Positions 1-9,438 of a DNA stretch of 64,000 bases are shown in pieces. The notes beneath the pieces were generated by a model, which saw nothing but the letters and a program-made list of their open reading frames with translations, made no database searches and had not been told where the DNA came from. The translations under genes were made by a program, and so were the position numbers. The stretch's first letter is position 1; the number at the start of each line of letters is the position of its first letter. Origin of the DNA: Cypionkella sp. (GTDB lineage Bacteria > Pseudomonadota > Alphaproteobacteria > Rhodobacterales > Rhodobacteraceae); assembly GCA_965248485.1 (NCBI GenBank), contig OZ252107.1, positions 36,199 through 100,198 on the forward strand, read 5' to 3'.

Positions 1-429
1 ATCGCGGTGGCGATCTACTTTGCGGTAAAGCCTGGGTTGACCGATCAAGACAGCCGCGCCCGCGTCTCTAACGCGGCGTTTAGTGTCACATTCGTGCCGC
101 TGATCGCCGCCTATGACGGGTTTTTCGGGCCGGGAACGGGGTCATTCTTCATGCTGGGCTTTGTGCTGCTGGCGGGCTATGGTCTGTTGCGCGCCACGGC
201 CCATACCAAAACGCTGAACTTTGCCAGCAACATCGGCAGCATGGCGGTGTTTGCCTTTTCGGGGGCGACATGGTGGGCGATGGGCCTGTGCATGGGGCTC
301 GCGCAGGTGGCAGGCGCGGCCTTGGGCGCGCGTCTGGCGATGCGCATCGGCGCGGGGCTGATCAAGCCACTGATCGTTGTCACATCGACAGGCATGGCCC
401 TGCGGTTACTGTGGCAAATCTGGGGTTAA
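1..429 (+). CDS. TSUP (TauE/SafE sulfite exporter-like) family membrane protein, 5'-truncated by the window edge
   Basis: Frame is open from base 1; motif YDGFFGPGTGSF, hydrophobic helices, and the C-terminal GARLAMRIG..LIKPL segment typical of TSUP proteins. Confidence 0.85.
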   Translation: MAVAIYFAVKPGLTDQDSRARVSNAAFSVTFVPLIAAYDGFFGPGTGSFFMLGFVLLAGYGLLRATAHTKTLNFASNIGSMAVFAFSGATWWAMGLCMGLAQVAGAALGARLAMRIGAGLIKPLIVVTSTGMALRLLWQIWG

Positions 430-1485
430 CCCCCACTCTGCCCCCTGCATCTCGCGCAGGCGCGATGCCGTGCGTTCAAATTCAAAACTGCCAGCGCCTT
501 CAATATACAGCCGCTCTGGCACATCGGCGGCGCTGCAAATCAGGCGGACATGCGCCTCATACAGGGCATCAATCAGCGTTACAAAACGCTTGGCCTCGTT
601 GTAATTGCTAGAGGAAAGCTGCGGGATATCCTTCAAAATCAGCACCCGAACGGCGCCCGCAATTGCCAGATAATCCGCCGCACCCAAGGGCAGCGCGCAC
701 AGCTCCCAAAAGCTGGCATAGGCCACGCCATTGGCCACACGCGCCAGCGTCACCTTGCGACCATTCACCACCAAATCCAGCGGCGCGCCCTGCGCATGGC
801 CCGTTAGATCATCCCAAATCTGTGCCAGTTTGGTGCCGACCGACCCAGCGGGATGGAAATACACCTGCGCGCCCGACAGGCGATGCTGGCGATAATCCTG
901 CGGGCTGACGAGTTCCACCACATCCAGCTTGGCGATCAGAATGTCGATGAAAGGCAAAAAGAAATCGCGGCTCAGACCGTTTTTATACAGGTCCTGCGGC
1001 GCGCGGTTCGAGGTGGTCACAATCACCACCCCCGCGCCCATCAGCAAATCAAACAACCGCCCCACGATCATCGCATCTGCTATATCGGTGATTTGCATTT
1101 CGTCAAAGGCCAGCAGGCGGGTTTTGCCTGCGATATCAGCGGCCACAGGGGCCAGCGCATCATCGGCCCCCGTTTTGCGCACCGCGTGCATGGCGTGGTG
1201 AATTTCCTGCATAAAGGCATGAAAATGCACCCGCCGTTTGGCGGCAATGTCGGTGGCGGCAAAGAACAGATCCATCACCATAGACTTGCCGCGCCCCACC
1301 CCGCCCCACAAATACAGACCCTTTGGTGGCATAGGCTTGCGGCCAAAGAGGCCACGGCGGGGCGGGGTTTCCAGAGCGGTGCGAATCGTCTCTAACGCTG
1401 GCAAAATGGCCAGTTGCGCAGGGTCAGGGCGCAGATCGCCCGCCTGCACCTTACCCTCATATATCTGCATCACTGTTTGCCGCAT
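406..1485 (-). CDS. zapE: AFG1/ZapE family ATPase (cell division protein ZapE)
   Basis: GLYLWGGVGRGKS Walker A, RVHFHAFM, FDEMQITDIADAM and RRFVTLIDALYE-like motifs; start placed at ATG 1485 (1470 is an alternative). Confidence 0.9.
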   Translation of the reverse strand: MRQTVMQIYEGKVQAGDLRPDPAQLAILPALETIRTALETPPRRGLFGRKPMPPKGLYLWGGVGRGKSMVMDLFFAATDIAAKRRVHFHAFMQEIHHAMHAVRKTGADDALAPVAADIAGKTRLLAFDEMQITDIADAMIVGRLFDLLMGAGVVIVTTSNRAPQDLYKNGLSRDFFLPFIDILIAKLDVVELVSPQDYRQHRLSGAQVYFHPAGSVGTKLAQIWDDLTGHAQGAPLDLVVNGRKVTLARVANGVAYASFWELCALPLGAADYLAIAGAVRVLILKDIPQLSSSNYNEAKRFVTLIDALYEAHVRLICSAADVPERLYIEGAGSFEFERTASRLREMQGAEWGLTPDLPQ

Positions 1486-1490
1486 ACCGC

Positions 1491-1519
1491 TGTATACCGC
1501 ACCCTTGCCCTGCCGCCAA
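1491..1519 (-). promoter_or_regulatory. Putative sigma70 promoter of zapE (TTGGCG-N17-TATACA), probably giving a leaderless mRNA
   Basis: Hexamers at 1514-1519 and 1491-1496 on the minus strand, 17-bp spacer; ATG lies 5 nt after the -10 element. Confidence 0.45.
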
Positions 1520-1581
1520 GATTGCACGCTTGCAAGGGCGCAATCCTTGTTTAAGGTTTAACTTAGATGCAGGAGAATGCG

Positions 1582-3081
1582 ATGCGTGCCACAGCCTATG
1601 CTCACCCCCAATTCACCATCGCGGAAATTGATCCGCGCCTGTACGGCAGTTTTGTCGAACACCTTGGCCGCGCGGTTTATACAGGCATTTACGAGCCGAC
1701 CCATCCCACGGCCAATGCCGACGGGATGCGCCAAGACGTAATTGATCTTGTGCGCGCGTTGGATGTGCCCGTGGTGCGCTATCCGGGGGGGAATTTCGTT
1801 TCGGCCTATAATTGGGAAGATGGCATAGGCCCGCGCGATGCTCGCCCGACACGGCTGGATTTGGCGTGGCATACATCCGAATCCAACGCCGTGGGCATCC
1901 ATGAATTTGCCAAATGGGCGGATGCGGCGGGCACCGAGATGATGCTGGCCGTGAACCTTGGCAGCCGTGGCTTGGCCGAGGCGCGGGATTTTGTGGAATA
2001 TGTCAACCACCCCGCAGGCACGGCCCTGTCGGAGGCGCGCCGCGAAAATGGGCGGACAGACCCTTGGGGCGTGTCGCTGTGGTGTTTGGGCAATGAAATG
2101 GATGGGCCTTGGCAGATTGGCCATAAAACTGCCGCTGAATATGGCCGCCTAGCATCCGAAACCGCCAAGGCCCTGCGCGCCTTTGACCCCAAAATCGAAC
2201 TGGTCGTCTGCGGGTCGTCCAACCCCGATATGGCGACCTATCCCGAATGGGAGCGCACGGTTTTAGACCTGTGCTATAACGACATCGACTATATCAGCCT
2301 GCATATGTATTTCTCTGACCGCACCCGCGATACGCAAAGGTTCTTGGCGCTGAACCTGCGGATGGAGGGGTATATCGACACTATTGCAGGCATTATCAAA
2401 GGGGCCAAGGCAAAGGCGCGCAGTACGAAAGAAGTCTATATCAGCTTTGACGAATGGAATGTGTGGTTTCATTCCAATGAGGCTGACCGCGCCACACTGG
2501 CAGGGCAAAACGGCTGGCCCCACGCGCCCGCGCTGCTGGAGGACATCTATGACGTGCAAGATGCGCTGCTGGTTGCCTGCCTGATCAACAGCTTTTTGCG
2601 CCGCGCGGATGTGGTGAAAATCGCCTGTCTTGCGCAGCTGGTCAATGTGATCGCCCCGATTATGACAGTGCCGAATGGCCCCGCTTGGCGGCAGACGATT
2701 TACCACCCGTTCCAGCTTGCCTCGCGCTATGGGCGGGGCGAGGCGCTGCACCTGCGCGTCGATTGCCCGCAATATAGTGTCGATGGCATTGGCGAGGTGC
2801 CCTATCTGGACATTGCAGCCACGCGGCAAAATGGCGAGGTGACGCTGTTTATCGTGAACCGGCATCAGGGCGAAAGCGTGGATTTGACCCTGCCCTTAGC
2901 GGGCTTTGGCCTGACGCGCATCGTGCAAGATGTGCTGCTGCATCATGCCGACCGCTATGCCACCAATGGCCCTAATGCCGAAGTGTTCGCGCCGCAGGCC
3001 TGCACCGATGCGGCGCTACCTTGCGATGTGCTAACGGCCAAAATCGCACCGCTGTCCTATCGGATGATCAGGCTAGCGTAA
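1582..3081 (+). CDS. abfA: Alpha-L-arabinofuranosidase, GH51 family, no signal peptide
   Basis: RLYGSFVEHLGRAVYTGIY, RYPGGNF, LGNEMDGPWQIG (acid/base Glu), FDEWNVW (nucleophile), IACLAQLVNVI; SD AGGAG at 1571-1575. Confidence 0.95.
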   Translation: MRATAYAHPQFTIAEIDPRLYGSFVEHLGRAVYTGIYEPTHPTANADGMRQDVIDLVRALDVPVVRYPGGNFVSAYNWEDGIGPRDARPTRLDLAWHTSESNAVGIHEFAKWADAAGTEMMLAVNLGSRGLAEARDFVEYVNHPAGTALSEARRENGRTDPWGVSLWCLGNEMDGPWQIGHKTAAEYGRLASETAKALRAFDPKIELVVCGSSNPDMATYPEWERTVLDLCYNDIDYISLHMYFSDRTRDTQRFLALNLRMEGYIDTIAGIIKGAKAKARSTKEVYISFDEWNVWFHSNEADRATLAGQNGWPHAPALLEDIYDVQDALLVACLINSFLRRADVVKIACLAQLVNVIAPIMTVPNGPAWRQTIYHPFQLASRYGRGEALHLRVDCPQYSVDGIGEVPYLDIAATRQNGEVTLFIVNRHQGESVDLTLPLAGFGLTRIVQDVLLHHADRYATNGPNAEVFAPQACTDAALPCDVLTAKIAPLSYRMIRLA

Positions 3082-4575
3082 TTCCGCGGGCAGCAAATCG
3101 GCGGGCATGTTTTGAAATGATACAGGCCGCAGCCAACGGCGGATAGACATGGTTCCAACCGAGGTTGCGCCAAAATTGGTCGAGGCTGGATAAGGCCCGC
3201 CATGCACCATGGCATCACACACCTCAACCCCTGTGGGGAATCCATTGGCCAAAACGCGGCCCGCTTTGCGCGCGAGAATGGGCATAAGGGACTGCGCCTG
3301 CGCCGTATCACCTGCGTCCAGATGCAGGGTGCAGGTCAACTGGCCTTGCAGGGCATTTGCGATTTCCTGCATCTCGGCGGCATCTTTGGCGCGGACGAGC
3401 AGCGCCAGCGGGCCAAACACTTCCTCGCCCAAATGTGGGTTGGCCAGCCATTCCGCGCCCGTCACTTGGTAAAGATAGGGGCTGGCGCGGCGGCCAATTT
3501 CGGGGCGTTCAAGAACAGGTTTCGCGCCTGCGTGCTTCATCCGATCTGCCCCTGCCCGATAGGCATCAGCAATGCCATCGGTCAGCATGGTTTGCGGCGA
3601 AACAGGCTCTAACGCCGCAGTTAGAGCCGAAATAAACCCCGCGACCTGCGGCCCATCCATCACCACGCCAATGCCGGGATTGGTGCAAAATTGCCCTGCG
3701 CCCATGGTCAGGCTGCCCGCCCAGCCCGCCGCGATGCCAGCGCCACGTGCGGCCAAAGCCTGGGGTAAAATGAACATTGGGTTGACAGAGCCCAGCTCGC
3801 CAAAAAACGGAATCGGAACGGGCCGTGCGGCGCACAGATTAAACAGCGCCCGCCCGCCCGCAAGGCTGCCCGTAAAGCCGACGGCGTGGATCAGCGGGTG
3901 CTGCACCAGCGCCTCGCCCACATCGCGGCGGCCGCCTTGCACCAAACTGAAAACGCCCTTGGGCAAACCGCATTTTTCAATCGCCGCCAGCACGGCCTGC
4001 GCGACAATCTCGGATGTGGCGGGATGCGCCGAATGACCCTTAACCACCACGGGGCAACCCGCGGCAAGCGCGGAGGCAGAATCGCCCCCCATCGTGGAAA
4101 AAGCCAGTGGAAAGTTCGACGCGCCAAACACGCCGACGGGGCCGATGGGCAGTTGCATCAGCCGAATGTCGGGGCGCGGCAGGGGCGTGCGATCTGGCAG
4201 GGCGGCATCGCGGCGCAGGTCTAGAAAATCATCCTTGCGGATATGGGCGGCAAATAGGCGGAGTTGGCCCGTGGTGCGGCCACGCTCGCCTATCAGACGC
4301 GCCTCGGGCAGGCCCGTTTCTGACGTGCCATAGGCGGTAATCGCATCGCCGCGCGCGTCGATTTGAACGGCGATTTCCTCAAGAAACTGCGCGCGCACTT
4401 CGCGCGGAAGGGCGCTGTAGATGGGAAAGGCCGCTTCTGCAGCCTTCACGGCGGCATCAATATCAGCGGGGGTGCCCACGGCAAAGGCCAGTGCCTCGCC
4501 GCTCGCGGGCGAGGACATAAACGTCTGCGCCCCAGCCACCCACGTGCCTGCAATCAGGTGATGTCCTGTTAGCAT
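3073..4575 (-). CDS. NADP-dependent aldehyde dehydrogenase, alpha-ketoglutaric semialdehyde dehydrogenase type
   Basis: VFGASNFPLAFSTMGGD, VKGHSAHP, GFTGS, FGELGSVNP, GAGQFCTNPG, HGGPYPA; last gene of the sugar operon. Confidence 0.9.
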   Translation of the reverse strand: MLTGHHLIAGTWVAGAQTFMSSPASGEALAFAVGTPADIDAAVKAAEAAFPIYSALPREVRAQFLEEIAVQIDARGDAITAYGTSETGLPEARLIGERGRTTGQLRLFAAHIRKDDFLDLRRDAALPDRTPLPRPDIRLMQLPIGPVGVFGASNFPLAFSTMGGDSASALAAGCPVVVKGHSAHPATSEIVAQAVLAAIEKCGLPKGVFSLVQGGRRDVGEALVQHPLIHAVGFTGSLAGGRALFNLCAARPVPIPFFGELGSVNPMFILPQALAARGAGIAAGWAGSLTMGAGQFCTNPGIGVVMDGPQVAGFISALTAALEPVSPQTMLTDGIADAYRAGADRMKHAGAKPVLERPEIGRRASPYLYQVTGAEWLANPHLGEEVFGPLALLVRAKDAAEMQEIANALQGQLTCTLHLDAGDTAQAQSLMPILARKAGRVLANGFPTGVEVCDAMVHGGPYPASTNFGATSVGTMSIRRWLRPVSFQNMPADLLPAELR

Positions 4576-4599
4576 GGTTTGTCCCATCATTCGCTAAAT

Positions 4600-5517
4600 C
4601 TAAAGGTAAAAATCCGCGACCGTTTCGCGGATGCCAAGCGTCAGCGCATCGGCGACATGGATCATCGGGGCAAGGTCAACATCGCTGGTCTTGCCCGCCA
4701 CCAACTGCGCCATGCGGGCATACAGCGCGGGATATTCGCCCATGATGCTGTTTTCGCCCGCACGCGCGCGGCCATCGATTTCCAGCACATTGCCACCCAT
4801 CCGCAGATCAAGCCGCCCTTTGGGGGTTTCGACCAAAATATCCCATGTCTGCGGGCCTGTCTGCCGCCAATCAAAATCGGCGCTGACATTGCCCGAAAAG
4901 GCCAGTTGTGCCGCAATCGGCGTCTGGCAGTTTTTCGGAAAGGTCAGAACAGCGGCGCGCATATGCACGGGCTGCGGAAGGATTTCGGTCAGAATGGACA
5001 GCGCGTTGATGCCAGGGTCAAACACGCCCATCCCCCCCGCCTGAAACACCCAATCCTGCCCCGGATGCCATTTGCGCACATCCTCGCGCCAGGTGATATG
5101 GGCGCGGGTGATGGTGGTGTCTGCCAGCCAAGCGCGGGCAGGCGCAACCGCATGGGCCATGCGGGAATGCCATGTGGCATAGAGCGAAAGTCCCTTGGCG
5201 CGGGCCATATTTTCCAGCGCATACACCTCGGCCAAGCTGGCGCCCGGGGGTTTTTCCAGCATCACATGGCGCCCCGCCATCAGCGCCGCCTCGGCATAGT
5301 CATAGCGGGGCACGGGCGGCATACACAGCGAAACCGTGCCTATATCAGGGTTTTCGGCAAGCATCTGCGCAAAATCGGTATAGGCTGGCACGCCATCTAC
5401 CGACCCTTTGCGCGAAACGGTCGCGGCCAATTCCCAATCGGGGCTGGTGGCCAAGGCTGGCACATGCTGATCCAGCGCGATTTTGCCGATACCGACAAGG
5501 GCGAGTTTCCGCTTCAT
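4600..5517 (-). CDS. Gfo/Idh/MocA oxidoreductase, probable L-arabinose/D-galactose 1-dehydrogenase
   Basis: LVGIGKIA Rossmann motif, LEKPP, EDVRKWHPGQDW, GVFDPGINALS; start overlaps the stop of the upstream dehydratase. Confidence 0.88.
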   Translation of the reverse strand: MKRKLALVGIGKIALDQHVPALATSPDWELAATVSRKGSVDGVPAYTDFAQMLAENPDIGTVSLCMPPVPRYDYAEAALMAGRHVMLEKPPGASLAEVYALENMARAKGLSLYATWHSRMAHAVAPARAWLADTTITRAHITWREDVRKWHPGQDWVFQAGGMGVFDPGINALSILTEILPQPVHMRAAVLTFPKNCQTPIAAQLAFSGNVSADFDWRQTGPQTWDILVETPKGRLDLRMGGNVLEIDGRARAGENSIMGEYPALYARMAQLVAGKTSDVDLAPMIHVADALTLGIRETVADFYL

Positions 5518-7259
5518 CAATGCGAATCCTTGCCCACGGGATTGCCACGGCAACCCTTTAGGAAATCAAGATCAGCGCCCGTGTCCGCGCCCTGCACATG
5601 GGCATGATGCAGCATAGCATAGCCCGAAGCGGGGCCACTATCGCGCGGTGCCCATTTGGCCAGACGCGCGGCGAGTTCGGCATCCGAGATATCCAGATGC
5701 AAACGGCGGTTTGGCACATCAAGCTCGATCATATCGCCGTTTTGCACCACGGCGAGCGGCCCCCCCGCCGCCGCTTCGGGCGAGGTGTGCAGGCACACCG
5801 TGCCAAAAGCCGTGCCCGACATGCGCGCATCGGAAATGCGCACCATATCGGTGATCCCTTTGCGCAGCACCTTTGGGGGCAGGCCCATATTGCCCACCTC
5901 TGCCATGCCCGGATAGCCCTTTGGCCCGCAGTTTTTCAGAACCATGACGCAGGTTTCGTCAATGTCCAAAGCCTCGTCATTGATCTTGGCTTTGTAATCG
6001 TCAATATCTTCAAACACCACGGCGCGGCCGCGATGCACCATCAATTCGGGGGTCGCGGCGGATGGTTTCAGCACCGCGCCTTTGGGGGCAAGATTGCCTT
6101 TCAGCACAACAATCCCGCCCGATTTGGTCAGCGCCTTGTCCGCTGGCAAAATCACATCGGGGTTGTGGTTTTCAACGTCTTTGACCTGATCCCACATCCC
6201 CTCGCCAGACACGGTCAGCGCGTCTTTGTGCAAAATGCCCGCCTCGCCCAGACGTTTGATGACCACAGGCAGACCGCCTGCGTAGAAGAATTCCTCCATC
6301 AGGTATTTGCCCGAAGGCATCAGATTGACGATCGTTGGCACATCGCGCCCGCATCTGTCCCAATCGTCCAGCGTCAGATCCACGCCAACGCGGCCGGCAA
6401 TGGCCAAAAGATGGATGACGGCATTGGTCGACCCGCCAATCGCGGCATTGGTGCGGATGGCGTTTTCAAACGCCTCTTTCTTCAAAACATCGGATGGTTT
6501 CAGATCATCCTTGACCATCTGCACAATGCGACGCCCCGTCATCTGCGCCATCACGCGGCGGCGGCTGTCCACGGCAGGAATCGCGGCGTTGCCCGACAGA
6601 GCCATGCCCAGCGCCTCGGCCATAGAGGCCATTGTGCTGGCGGTGCCCATTGTGTTGCAAGACCCAGGGCTGCGGGACATCGACGCCTCTGCCGCAACAA
6701 ATTCTTCTTTGCTCATCGTGCCAGCAGCAACGGCGGCCGAAAACTTCCACAAATGGGTGCCAGAACCCACACGTTCGTTCTTGTAATAGCCGTTCAGCAT
6801 CGGCCCGCCTGTGACGACAATCGACGGAATGTCGGTGCTGGCGGCGGCCATCAGCAGGCTGGGCGTGGTTTTATCGCAGCCCACCATCAAAACACAGCCA
6901 TCCATCGGCTGGCCGCGCATCGCCTCTTCCACGGCCATTGCAGCCAAATTGCGAAACATCATCGCCGTGGGGCGAAAGGCGGACTCGCTGGCGGAAAAAA
7001 CGGGCACTTCCACAGGGAAACCGCCCGCCTCGTAGATGCCGTGTTTGACCCGCTGCGCAAGGTCGTTCAGATGCGCATTGCAAGGGGTCAGTTCTGACCA
7101 GGTGTTCAAAATGCCAATCACAGGGCGGCCATCGAACAAATCAGGCGGAAAGCCCTGATTTTTCATCCAGCCACGGTGATAGATCGCATCCTTGGTCGTG
7201 CCGCCGAACCATTCTTGCGAGCGGAGCTTGCGGGGCCATTTGGCGGGTTTGAAACTCAT
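5517..7259 (-). CDS. araD: IlvD/Edd family dehydratase, L-arabinonate dehydratase
   Basis: WSELTPCN, GCDKTTP, GSCNTMGTASTM, GGSTNA, GYPGMAE, SDARMSGT; N-terminus LRSQEWF typical of the arabinonate dehydratase clade. Confidence 0.9.
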   Translation of the reverse strand: MSFKPAKWPRKLRSQEWFGGTTKDAIYHRGWMKNQGFPPDLFDGRPVIGILNTWSELTPCNAHLNDLAQRVKHGIYEAGGFPVEVPVFSASESAFRPTAMMFRNLAAMAVEEAMRGQPMDGCVLMVGCDKTTPSLLMAAASTDIPSIVVTGGPMLNGYYKNERVGSGTHLWKFSAAVAAGTMSKEEFVAAEASMSRSPGSCNTMGTASTMASMAEALGMALSGNAAIPAVDSRRRVMAQMTGRRIVQMVKDDLKPSDVLKKEAFENAIRTNAAIGGSTNAVIHLLAIAGRVGVDLTLDDWDRCGRDVPTIVNLMPSGKYLMEEFFYAGGLPVVIKRLGEAGILHKDALTVSGEGMWDQVKDVENHNPDVILPADKALTKSGGIVVLKGNLAPKGAVLKPSAATPELMVHRGRAVVFEDIDDYKAKINDEALDIDETCVMVLKNCGPKGYPGMAEVGNMGLPPKVLRKGITDMVRISDARMSGTAFGTVCLHTSPEAAAGGPLAVVQNGDMIELDVPNRRLHLDISDAELAARLAKWAPRDSGPASGYAMLHHAHVQGADTGADLDFLKGCRGNPVGKDSH

Positions 7260-7266
7260 GTCATCC

Positions 7267-8253
7267 TCACAATGCTGTCACAGAAATCATGCCGCGGTCG
7301 GCATCGCGGCCCAAAGGGTTACGCAGAGGCAAGCCCAAATCGGGTGCGTCAATTTCAAAAATGTCGCCCGTTTGCGTGGTGAAGTTATCGGCAAAAGACA
7401 GGGTCGCGGTGCCGAACATATGCACGTGCAGATCGCCAGGTTGGCAGAACACATCATATTTGAAATGGTGATGTTCAACGTTGGCAAAGCTGTGCGACAT
7501 ATTGGCCGCGCCCGACAGGAACGGCTTTTCCCAAACCACTTTGCCGCCGCGCAAAATGCGGGACGCGCCGCGAATGTCATCGGGCAGATCGCCTATCAGA
7601 ATTTCGGGGCCAAAGCTGGCGGGGCGCAGTTTGGAATGGGCGAGGTAAAGGTAATTGATCCGTTCCGTCACATGGTCGGAAAACTCATTCGCCACGGCCC
7701 AGCCCACACGGCGCGGCGCACCTGCGGCGTCAATCAGGTAGATGCCCGCGATTTCAGGCTCTTCGCCGCCATCCAGCGCAAAGGCGGGGGCGTTTAGCGG
7801 GGCGTTTGGGGCCACGGCATTGTGGCCGTTGCCTTTGTAAAACCATTCGGGCTGCACGCCAATTTTGCCAGAGGCAGGCTTGCCATCTGCCAGCCCCATC
7901 TGAAACATCTTCATCGAATCCGACAGATCGGCGCTTTGCAGTTTGGTATGCATCGCATCGCGCGCCGCAGCGCTGCCCAAATGGGTCAGCCCCGTGCCCG
8001 TTAGGTGCAAATGCGCAGGGTCGGGGTGCGTGATCGGCAGGGCCATGCGGCCAGCGGCGGCCAAAGCGGGCAGGTTCACCGCCACGCCCAGCCCCCGCGC
8101 CATGATCACATCGCGCAGGCTGCGGCCCGAATTGGCGGCGTCAGCGGCCAGCGCATAGCTGCTGGCCGCGCCGTTCACCAGCGCCGCCTCGCCGCCATCG
8201 CGCACCACAACGGCAATATTGCCCGCCTCGTCTTGGATTTGGCTGATAAACAT
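7267..8253 (-). CDS. araD1: AraD1/GguC family fumarylacetoacetate-hydrolase-like protein, probable 2-keto-3-deoxy-L-arabinonate dehydratase
   Basis: GTGLTHLGSA, QPEWFYKGNG, EEPEIAG, NEFSDH, YLYLAHSKLR motifs; directly downstream of the permease gene. Confidence 0.85.
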   Translation of the reverse strand: MFISQIQDEAGNIAVVVRDGGEAALVNGAASSYALAADAANSGRSLRDVIMARGLGVAVNLPALAAAGRMALPITHPDPAHLHLTGTGLTHLGSAAARDAMHTKLQSADLSDSMKMFQMGLADGKPASGKIGVQPEWFYKGNGHNAVAPNAPLNAPAFALDGGEEPEIAGIYLIDAAGAPRRVGWAVANEFSDHVTERINYLYLAHSKLRPASFGPEILIGDLPDDIRGASRILRGGKVVWEKPFLSGAANMSHSFANVEHHHFKYDVFCQPGDLHVHMFGTATLSFADNFTTQTGDIFEIDAPDLGLPLRNPLGRDADRGMISVTAL

Positions 8254-8259
8254 AAGGCC

Positions 8260-9438
8260 CTACTTATTCTTGTTGTAAACGTCGAAAATCACGGCAGCCA
8301 GCAGCACAAGGCCCTTGATCACCTGCTGATAATCAATGCCGATGCCCAAAATCGACATGCCATTGTTCATCACACCCATAATCAGCGCGCCCACGACAAC
8401 ACCGACAATTTTGCCAACCCCGCCCGACATCGACGCGCCGCCGATGAACACCGCCGCGATCACGTCCAGCTCGAACCCACCGCCCGCTTTGGGGGTACTG
8501 GAATTCAGCCGCGCCGCCACGATCATCCCCGCCAGCGCGGCCAAAACGCCCATGTTGACAAAGGTCAAAAACACCAAACGATCAGTCTTAATCCCTGACA
8601 GTTTGGCCGCCTTTTCATTGCCGCCCAGCGCGTAAATCCGCCGCCCCATCACGGTATTTTCGGTGAAAAACGCATAGATGATCGTCAAGATCGACAGCAC
8701 GATCACAACGTTGGGCAGCCCGCGAAAGGTTGCCAGCTTATAGCCCACAAATATCAGTGCCGCTGCGACAATGGCGTTGCGAATGGCAAACATCACCATC
8801 GGTTCGGGGGTGATGCCAAAGGTTATGTCGCTTTTGCGGGCACGCCAGCCAAAATAGATAATCGCCAGCGCCGCCAAAACGACCACGGCCAGCGCAGTCA
8901 TATTCGGCTTATCCACGCCAAAAACATCGGGGATGAACCCTGTGGACAAGGATTGAAAGCTTTTGGGGAAGGGGCCAATGTTTTGCCCGTTCAACAGCCA
9001 CAAAGTTAGCCCGCGAAACACCAGCATCCCCGCCAGTGTGACGATAAACGAAGGGATACGCCAATAGGCGATCCAATAGCCCTGCGCCGCGCCAATCAGC
9101 AGGCCAACCAGCAAAACCAGCGGGATCACAAGATACACTGGCAGGCCCATGTTGACCGTCAGCACCGCCGCAACCGCGCCCGTAAACCCAACAACCGAGC
9201 CGACCGACAGGTCAATATGCCCCGCCACAATCACCAAAAGCATCCCCAGCGCCATGATGATGACGTAAGAGTTTTGCAGGAAAAGGTTGGTGATGTTCTG
9301 CGCCGACAGAAAATCCACATCCAACACAACACGCACGATGACGGTGAAAAACATCACAATCGCCACCAACGCCATCAGCATGCCGTTTTCGCGCAAATGC
9401 GCGCCCAAACGCGCGGTCATATCTTTGTCCTGTGCCAT
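8260..9438 (-). CDS. gguB: Multiple-monosaccharide ABC transporter permease (GguB/MmsB)
   Basis: GHIDLSVGS, IPSFIVTLAGMLVFRG, GRRIYALGGNEKAAKLSG, FELDVIAAVFIGGAS. Confidence 0.92.
   Translation of the reverse strand: MAQDKDMTARLGAHLRENGMLMALVAIVMFFTVIVRVVLDVDFLSAQNITNLFLQNSYVIIMALGMLLVIVAGHIDLSVGSVVGFTGAVAAVLTVNMGLPVYLVIPLVLLVGLLIGAAQGYWIAYWRIPSFIVTLAGMLVFRGLTLWLLNGQNIGPFPKSFQSLSTGFIPDVFGVDKPNMTALAVVVLAALAIIYFGWRARKSDITFGITPEPMVMFAIRNAIVAAALIFVGYKLATFRGLPNVVIVLSILTIIYAFFTENTVMGRRIYALGGNEKAAKLSGIKTDRLVFLTFVNMGVLAALAGMIVAARLNSSTPKAGGGFELDVIAAVFIGGASMSGGVGKIVGVVVGALIMGVMNNGMSILGIGIDYQQVIKGLVLLAAVIFDVYNKNK

Noticed and set aside
5598-7097. 499-aa plus-strand ORF, and similar long ORFs at 4579-5607, 29513-30448, 45844-46881 and 58075-59070
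   Set aside because: They are antisense shadows of well-supported genes; high GC makes stops rare and the translations have no recognisable motifs.
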